Assembly (NCBI GenBank): GCA_905178155.1
Contig: CAJINV010000119.1
Span: forward strand, 1-5,509
DNA: 5,509 nt
From: Amoebophrya sp. A120
Lineage: Eukaryota; Protista; Dinoflagellata
Reading direction: 5' to 3'
Made by a program: the position numbers and the translations under genes. Below are positions 1 to 5,509 of this stretch, piece after piece. The notes beneath the pieces were generated by a model, which searched no databases, was not told the DNA's origin, and was given only the letters and a program-made list of their open reading frames with translations. Position 1 is the first letter of the stretch; every line of letters begins with the position of its first letter.

Positions 1-89
1 GAGGCGTGAGGCGTAACATGATCGCACTCGGAAGAGGTGGAACAGTCAGCAGCCCGAACTCATCGGTTTTGCCAGGTCCACAACCCCCT

Positions 90-126
90 GGGGGTGAAGT
101 ACGGGGGTGAAATACGGGGTGCAGTA
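90..126. repeat. 13-bp tandem repeat GGGGGTGAARTAC, about 3 copies
   Basis: Copies at 90-102 and 103-115, and a degenerate copy at 116-126. Confidence 0.8.
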
Positions 127-130
127 TTTG

Positions 131-174
131 AGTACAAAAGTCGCATTTGTCTTGCTGGAGAGGACTGCCGACCC
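131..174 (-). CDS. Putative exon 4 (W)VGSPLQQDKCDFCT; 3' boundary unknown
   Basis: Removing 175-394 gives ...DRPVY-W-VGSPLQQDKCDFCT in a frame that stays open to the window edge. Below ~130 a 13-bp tandem repeat suggests non-coding sequence. Confidence 0.4.
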
Positions 175-175
175 A

Positions 176-393
176 TATCAAGCAGGAGTAGAGAGGCTTT
201 GACTTAGGCGCTTAGCATGAAAAGCGTCCGTGATGTTGGCTCAACAGCATGACAAACCGGCTCCATAATGGGACGGAAGCTGCTGCCCTTGTCTTCTTGC
301 AGCACAAACGTGATTTGTGACCTCAAATCAGCAACACAAGTTTTCGAAAACCTACCTCTTCAATATGGGGAGGGGGGATTTTTCCTTGCGATA
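176..393. mobile_element. Putative introner-like element forming intron 3 (175-394, GT..AT on the minus strand)
   Basis: It begins GTATCGCAAGGA and ends TCCTGCTTGATAT on the minus strand, giving a short degenerate IR (TATCGCAAGGA vs TATCAAGCAGGA). A 2-bp direct repeat CA lies at 174-175 and 394-395. It has the same CTTGATAT end as intron 1 and shares the 12-mer GTTTGTCATGCT with it. Without splicing, the frame stops at 360-362. Confidence 0.55.
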
Positions 394-394
394 C

Positions 395-713
395 AATAGA
401 CGGGGCGGTCATTTACCTTCACGCCCCGCACGACCGTGTACCGCCCCCGGATGTCTTCCCGCAGGTCCGAAGGCGGCGTCACCGCCTCGGCCACGGCCGA
501 CGCACGGGACCGGCGCAGCGCAGTGTTAGAAAGCGGGTAACTCAAGGAGAAGTTTTCGTCCAGTTCCTCCGGACTGGCCCACACGATCTGCCCCTGGTAG
601 GGGTTCTTGGACATCAGGCTCTGGATCCCGTTCACCAAGCTCGCCGTCCGCTCGAAATCCGCCTGAATTTTCTCCATCACCTTTTTCTCGCTGCTCTGGT
701 GCCACGGGTTGTA
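395..713 (-). CDS. Exon 3 of the transporter gene (part of a large hydrophilic loop)
   Basis: The acceptor CTCATAG ends at 714. Splicing 714-991 gives in-frame ...SLQVL|YNPWHQSSEKKVMEKIQ..., continuous with ORF 360..680(-). Codons are GC3-rich. The 3' boundary at 395 is inferred from the GTATCGC donor at 394. Confidence 0.75.
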
Positions 714-714
714 C

Positions 715-990
715 TATGAGAGTGCACAATTCGTGTCCCGCTCTGTTTATTCCCTCATTTGTGATGCAAAATGCGAAATAATCCGCGGCTGCTGCCATTT
801 GATGGCTTCACTTGTTACACAACGGAAAGCTGCCCAAGCAGTTTTGATAGAGTCGGCGCAGCAACAAGAACTTGTCATGCCCTGTCTCCATGTAGTAGTC
901 TCGCGTGCGAGTAGTTTCTGTTACTGATCAACATGTCCTTACCAAATCAGGGGGAACAAACAAAGCGAGCAGTAGTTGTGCCCTCTGATA
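715..990. mobile_element. Introner/MITE-like element forming intron 2 (GT-AG intron 714-991 on the minus strand), with ~40-bp TIRs
   Basis: 715-754 (TATGAGAGTGCACAATTCGTGTCCCGCTCTGTTTATTCCC) aligns with the reverse complement of 952-990 (TATCAGAGGGCACAACTACTG-CTCGCTTTGTTTGTTCCC) at 31/40. The TIRs start exactly one base inside each splice site. No clear TSD. Confidence 0.8.
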
Positions 991-991
991 C

Positions 992-1831
992 GAGCACCTG
1001 CAGTGAGGGAGACGTCACCGGATTGCGCGCGCTGGCGTCAAGTGGTCCTCCTCCGGATTGTTCGTTGTGCGTCCCCGGGGCAGGATTTCTACTCCGCAAC
1101 ACGTTGCGCAGGCGGCGGCGCGTGTTGGGCGCGAGTTGGCGCAGCCACACGTCCTGCAAGTCCGAGGAAATGGTGGTCTCGTCGTTGTTTTGCGAGGCCA
1201 AAATGGAATCCAAGTCCTCGAACCGCTGCTCCCAGGACACCCGGCACTGGAACAGCGCGCCCAGCGTGCTGAAGTCCTGCGTCTTGCCCTCGTCGGGCTT
1301 CCCGAGGACCACGAGTAACTGGCCCACGTAGGGGAACACCAAGAAGCACAGCGCCACGTGCCAGAGCAGCATCGTCAAGTTGAACTGAAAGTTCTGGATG
1401 ACAAAGGAGGTGCTCGCTTGTTTTTTCATCAGCAGCTCCCGGTACAGAAAGGAGAACACCGCGAAGAGACAGGAGGCGAGGCCGATGGCGCACCCGAACA
1501 TGAACTTCGTGGTGTCGTCCTTCACCTGCCACTTCACCAGCTGAAACAAAAACACGGCGGAGGTGATCACGATGAGCGGCATCCACTGGGCCCAGGAGTG
1601 CGACCGCTTCAGCACCCACCGGCTGCACAGCGCGGTCAGCGGGATGCGCAGTTGCCCGATGATGGTCTCGCCCGCGGTAATGAAAAAGAGCTGCATCAAG
1701 TGCAGCGCCTGCGTGAAGGCGAGCCCGAGGGAGGGCAGGGCGTTGTTCCCGATCTCCTTCCAGTTGAACAGCTCGCGGCAGCCGCTGGCCCCGAAGAAAA
1801 TCGGGGTCAGCGTCAGGGAGATCACCAGGTC
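992..1831 (-). CDS. Exon 2 of the SLC35A-like nucleotide-sugar transporter (DMT superfamily; CMP-sialic acid/UDP-galactose transporter family)
   Basis: ORF 947..1834(-) has several TM segments and strong GC3 bias. Family-like motifs, compared from memory with SLC35A1: QLRIPLTAL (cf. QLKIPCTAL), RSHSWAQW (cf. RxLSxxQW), LYRELLMK (cf. VYFEKVLK), FVIQNFQF (cf. LWVRNIQM). The exon ends ...CAG GTG CTC before a GTATCAG donor at 991. Its 5' edge is 1831 or 1834. Confidence 0.85.
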
Positions 1832-1835
1832 CACA

Positions 1836-2087
1836 TATCAAGTGCAATTATGTCTGGGTCTGGAAGAATGCATGTTTGTCATGCTTATCTGGCATGATTC
1901 TCAGATCTGTCATGCGCGTTACCCAAGAGCCCCATTTTTCTGTCATGGAGAGACGCAGTTTGTCATGCAGAAGAGGCAACACCTAGAAGCTCAAAAACTT
2001 GTCATGCTACGCCAGCACTTGTAGCCTCCTCATGATACGCCACCCAGCATCACAAGTTTCCAGACCCAAACATATTTGCAATGCATA
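1836..2087. mobile_element. Introner/MITE-like element forming intron 1 (non-canonical acceptor), with 30-bp TIRs and a 5-bp TSD
   Basis: Left end 1836-1865 TATCAAGTGCAATTATGTCTGGGTCTGGAA matches the reverse complement of 2058-2087, TATGCATTGCAAATATGTTTGGGTCTGGAA, at 25/30. CCACA flanks both sides (1831-1835 and 2088-2092). Removing the element plus one repeat (257 nt) restores the reading frame. Confidence 0.88.
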
Positions 2088-2088
2088 C

Positions 2089-2910
2089 CACACACTTCGC
2101 GGCGATGTTCAGACTGTGCGTGTTGAGCCGCTTGTCCAGTCCTATGTACCAACTTTGGGTAATCAACTTTCCGCAGTCTGATAACGCATACAGCGCGACC
2201 AGGAGCAGCGTCATGCCGATCCCCGGAACTGAGGCAGCAGCAGCTCCGCCGGCGGCCGCATTAGAAGTACCCCCGGTTTTGCTGCTCCCCGAGCCCCCGC
2301 CGGGTGATGTGAGTTTTGTTCTACTTTCAGTTGCGTCATTCTCATTCCTCCTTCTCGTCGTCCGCGGAGAAAATCCATCGTCTACTCCGTAGTTCTCCGA
2401 GCGCCCATGCTTGTTCCGCAGTGCTGACCTGGTAGTTGTTCTTTCCTCTATTCTGTTTATTTTCCTTGTCTTTTTAGAACTGGTCCTGTCTCTGCTCACA
2501 TTTCTGTTGCTCCTATTTCTGTTCGCCAGTTCGGCTTTATTCAGCGCGTCTCCTGTTGAGTAGTCCTCCTCCTCGTCTTCGCTGGTGTGAAGGTTGTTCT
2601 CATCCCCGTCAGAACCCGCACGGCACGGCGTCTCACCCAAATGTTCGTAGCTCTGGCCCCCGCAAGCGTAGCCGCGTGTTTTGGAATTTTTTGCCGAAGA
2701 CGCGGACGATGAACTTGCACCGCCGGCGGAAAGCAAAAGCGTGTTGTACGAAGGCGCATGACGGTAGTCTTCCCCAGTACTCCAAGGAGCCGCGCCTGTA
2801 GGAGGGTCGCGTTTTTTGTTTTCAATCCTCACGCGTTGCACACTATGCGTGTTCATGTCAACGCATGATGCCCGCGTGAGCCTATTATTCGGTGCCAGGG
2901 TTACATTCAT
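2089..2910 (-). CDS. Exon 1 (start uncertain) of an SLC35A-like nucleotide-sugar transporter: low-complexity charged/Ser/Gly-rich N-terminus, first TM helix and start of TM2
   Basis: ORF 2050..2916(-). Hydrophobic MTLLLVALYALSDCGKLITQSW followed by LNTHSLNIAAKCV joins in frame to DLVISL of the next exon. A GTATGC donor starts at 2088. The first ATG is at 2910, but ATG 2856 or a further upstream exon is possible. Confidence 0.6.
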
Positions 2911-3795
2911 GTGCAATTATAAGAATTGCAATGTCACTGAGGTGGAAAAAACTTATTTTAATTCGGCCCAAACGACGAGACGCAAAGGCTAGGAGGACCT
3001 CAAGCAGCAAGTTCCAACATTAAGTACTCCGTATTTACCATGCCAGCATCTCTGCCTGTGCGACATCTCCGCTGAGATAGGAAGTAGAACTGCGGCCTAC
3101 TTCCGACAAGACGGTCGTGACCGACTTATTCCTCAGGTCAGCAATTCCTCTCCCCAGTCGACGGCCCTAAACTTTTCAGTGCGGGATGCCTAGCGGAGCA
3201 GCACGGCGTCGGATGTCCTCTCGTCTGCATCCTCTCAGGATTATGGAGCCCCCGCCTGCTGACAATTATCCTCCACACTGAGAATAAAGATAATTTGTCG
3301 TCTGCTAGAAAGATTAAGAATAAGATACCAAAGAGATGACGATCCTGCAGTCTGTATTTGCATATGTAGCGAGATGAAGAAGACGCGAGCGTACTATCAA
3401 TAGAAACTCATCTACGCATCGTAAAAGCAAGCCTGGCGTAGCGCTATGCTTCAAAATTTCAAAGTATCGTAAGTTGTGCAGGCGAGAATTAAGTAAAGTG
3501 GTATTAAAATAAACCTAACACTTCTCAACAAAATTGAAACTGTATGGCATCAACAAAACAGAACTTTTCGTCGTCGTGCAGCAGTCTCCGAAACATGCAG
3601 CACACTGTATGATCGTTTTTCCTCGGCATAATTCTTGCTTTGAGCAGCACGAATACTAGAAAACGAACAACATAATTCGCTGTGCTGGACAGCATCTAGC
3701 TTCACGGGTAGAATGAGGATCTTTTTTTCAGATCAAGCGTCATCACAGCAGCATGAATCTGTCGTGTTGTTCTTCACAGCATCTTCGAGGAAGCA

Positions 3796-3853
3796 AGTAA
3801 GACCTAAAGTGAACAAACATCTTCCGGCATGATGCGCTACGATTAGAACACAA
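3796..3853. repeat. 58-bp direct repeat, copy 1
   Basis: AGTAAGACCTAAAGTGAACAAACATCTTCCGGCATGATGCGCTACGATTAGAACACAA, 57/58 identical to 4836-4893. Confidence 0.95.
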
Positions 3854-3887
3854 AACAGACGCCAGGCGCCAAAACAGACGCCAGGCG
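3851..3887. repeat. Tandem duplication, period 19 (2 x CAAAACAGACGCCAGGCG)
   Basis: Exact 18-mer at 3851-3868 and 3870-3887. Confidence 0.9.
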
Positions 3888-4835
3888 GCGTCTACGCCTG
3901 ATACCTGGGCCCGAACCTTTCTGATTGGATTTGGAAAAGCTGCCCGCGCGCGTGCGAAAACGCTCGGGCGGCCACACAGTTTGCAGCTAAATTTGGGCCG
4001 GCAAGGGGTTGGCTGGCTGCAATAGGCGAAAAGCCTGCGTGCTTCGAACAGGGCCTCATCCGACCCAACACACCCACTGCAACCGTCGGCTGAATAGGCA
4101 GCGGCGGGACAGGAGGACTGCACCGCCCGCGCAAGAGGGGGAAAACACGCAAAACAACGATCGGCACGCACGCTGATCATGTTTATGCGTTGAAAACCAA
4201 AAGTGGAAGGGATTACACAATTACCACGAAGGCGGCGTCGTCGCAAGACGAAACGCCCGCGGCTCCAGCCCACGAACAAACAACGCGCCTGATTCTATTA
4301 CCCCTCGTTAGCATAGCCGTGCAAGACCAAGTCGAGAGAGAATCCCACGAACAAAGAGGTCAGCCGGGCCGGCCGCGCTGAAGCAGCGGCCCATGTGCGG
4401 AATCGCCTCGCCAACGCTCGTACGCAAAAAAAGGCAGATTTCTTATGCACCACGGCAGAGAAGTCACCAGCGTGGCCGCACCTGGCCTGGCAGCGCATAG
4501 CACGAAAAGGCGCGAAACTTCAATGAGGGGGGCGCCGAATCCAAAAGCCGACGCGGGACGTTTCTCACGCCGGGGGAATGCGCGAAAAATAATCACTGCG
4601 ACACTGCGCCCCGGCACAACGTATTTTCGGGGCGAGCCAGCATCGGCAAAGCGCTTTTGCTTTGTCGCCCAGGGCGTGGCGGCGGCTCCGGAGCGAGTGT
4701 GAATCTCCCAGGTACTACGACCACGAAGGCCCGAGAGCCCGCCTGACGTTTGACCGAAGTGATTTATGGGGGAGGGTCCGCCTGTAGTGCTAGACAGCGG
4801 CAGTTGCGTACGAGGGCGTTTATTTCGGTGCCTGG
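3862..4835. mobile_element. Possible ~970-bp non-autonomous TIR element between the 58-bp direct repeats
   Basis: 3862-3882 CCAGGCGCCAAAACAGACGCC matches the reverse complement of 4815-4835, CCAGGCACCGAAATAAACGCC, at 17/21, and all four differences are transitions. The right IR abuts DR copy 2 and the left IR is 8 bp from DR copy 1. No recognisable protein is encoded inside. Confidence 0.45.
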
Positions 4836-4893
4836 AGTAAGACCTAAAATGAACAAACATCTTCCGGCATGATGCGCTACGATTAGAACACAA
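4836..4893. repeat. 58-bp direct repeat, copy 2
   Basis: Identical to 3796-3853 except A4849 vs G3809; offset 1040 bp. Confidence 0.95.
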
Positions 4894-4904
4894 CTCGCAA
4901 CGGT

Positions 4905-4960
4905 AAAAGTTGGAAAAAGTTGGAAGCCTTGGGCCGCTTCGTAACTGGAAAAAGTTGGAA
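4905..4960. repeat. Short AAAAGTTGGA repeats
   Basis: Copies at 4905-4914, 4915-4924 and 4950-4959; a related TTGGAAAATGGAAAA occurs near 5034-5048. Confidence 0.75.
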
Positions 4961-5045
4961 AAAAATGACAAGAAATTGCTTCATAACGTGGGGGGAAGCA
5001 ATCGTCGGATTTTGTGCAGATCACCCGGACCACTTGGAAAATGGA

Positions 5046-5214
5046 AAAAGACGAAAAATCTTGCAAAAGCGCAATCCCTCCGCAGGCTTCAAAACTGCCA
5101 GTCAGCTGCGGTCGGTGAAAATGTCCGGACGAGCCCTTCGGCCGACTAAAAACCTGAAAAAAGGGCGAAAATCAAAAAAAAGCGAGAACCCTCGGCAGGC
5201 TTACAAACTGGCCA
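5046..5214. repeat. Imperfect ~55-bp direct repeat pair (5046-5100 and 5159-5214)
   Basis: Cores CCCTCCGCAGGCTTCAAAACTG (5076-5097) and CCCTCGGCAGGCTTACAAACTG (5189-5210) match at 19/22, each preceded by a similar CGAAAA(A)TC...AAAAGCG stretch. Confidence 0.65.
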
Positions 5215-5410
5215 CCAAGGGCGGTCCGGCGGGCGCGTGGTCGCGCCATACCGTCGGGATTGTGAAAAAAAAAACGCACTAGAAGCGGGCGGAGGGATGT
5301 CACAAAATCCCCATTTGCCCTGGTTTGTGGGTACAAATCCTGCACCTCCGCCGCGTCTGAAATGCCCGATTTTGGTGGCCCGGAAGGGTCCGCGGAGATT
5401 CGGCTTTCCG

Positions 5411-5509
5411 CATACCTTCTTGGCCAGGAGGCCAGTTTGTCACGCAGGGGGCTAGAAAGGATGCCCCGCTGCGAAGGTGGATGGCCACATGCCTTCTTGG
5501 CCAGGAGGC
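5411..5509. repeat. 22-bp near-palindromic direct repeat pair CATRCCTTCTTGGCCAGGAGGC
   Basis: 5411-5432 and 5488-5509 are 21/22 identical with period 77. The second copy ends at the window edge. Confidence 0.85.

Noticed and set aside
933-2024. Long overlapping ORFs (933..1331+, 1358..1897+, 1563..2024+, 1089..1847-)
   Set aside because: These are shadow frames of the GC3-rich transporter exon with no recognisable motifs.
3240-3250. 11-mer ATTATGGAGCC matching the reverse complement of 259-269
   Set aside because: A few 11-mer matches are expected by chance in 5.5 kb across both strands.
3727-3780. Box C/D snoRNA-like words on the minus strand (GTGAAGA...TGATGA...CTGA)
   Set aside because: Box C is imperfect, only 8 nt separate C' from D, and there is no clear terminal stem or recognisable guide.
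3821-3843. Resemblance of ATCGTAGCGCATCATGCCGGAAG (-) to the dinoflagellate spliced leader
   Set aside because: Only CGTAGC and the final AAG match, and no GT donor follows.
3743-5488. ORFs in the right half (3743..4279-, 4360..4971-, 4920..5282+ and others) as genes or a transposase
   Set aside because: They are Arg/Ala/Phe-rich with no codon bias or DDE/recombinase motifs. The shared peptide LCSNRSASCRKMFVHFRSY simply reflects the 58-bp DNA repeat.
5411-5509. CRISPR array
   Set aside because: Only two repeats, a eukaryotic context and no cas genes.
1-5509. GAGGC at both ends of the window suggesting circularity
   Set aside because: A 5-bp match at arbitrary window edges is uninformative.
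1-5509. tRNA/rRNA genes and bacterial promoters or terminators
   Set aside because: No T-loop GTTCRA cloverleaf or rRNA signature was seen, and the gene structure is eukaryotic.

Overview
Eukaryotic (protist-like) genomic DNA. The left half (about 130-2910, minus strand) holds a split gene for an SLC35A-type nucleotide-sugar transporter with a long low-complexity N-terminus and a very large loop insertion. Its 3' end lies beyond the window. All three identifiable introns (about 175-394, 714-991 and 1832/1835-2088) look like ~220-280 bp non-autonomous DNA-transposon inserts ('introners'). Each begins TAT and ends ATA, two have clear 30-40 bp terminal inverted repeats, one has a 5-bp target-site duplication, and all share an internal TGTCATG motif. 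Only one is GT-AG; the other two appear to need non-canonical acceptors (GT..AT or GT..TG). This resembles the invasive intronic elements described in the parasitic dinoflagellate Amoebophrya, but the taxon is inferred, not shown. The right half has no convincing coding sequence. It contains a ~1 kb segment bounded by 21-bp inverted repeats and nested between two 57/58-identical direct repeats, followed by short repeats.
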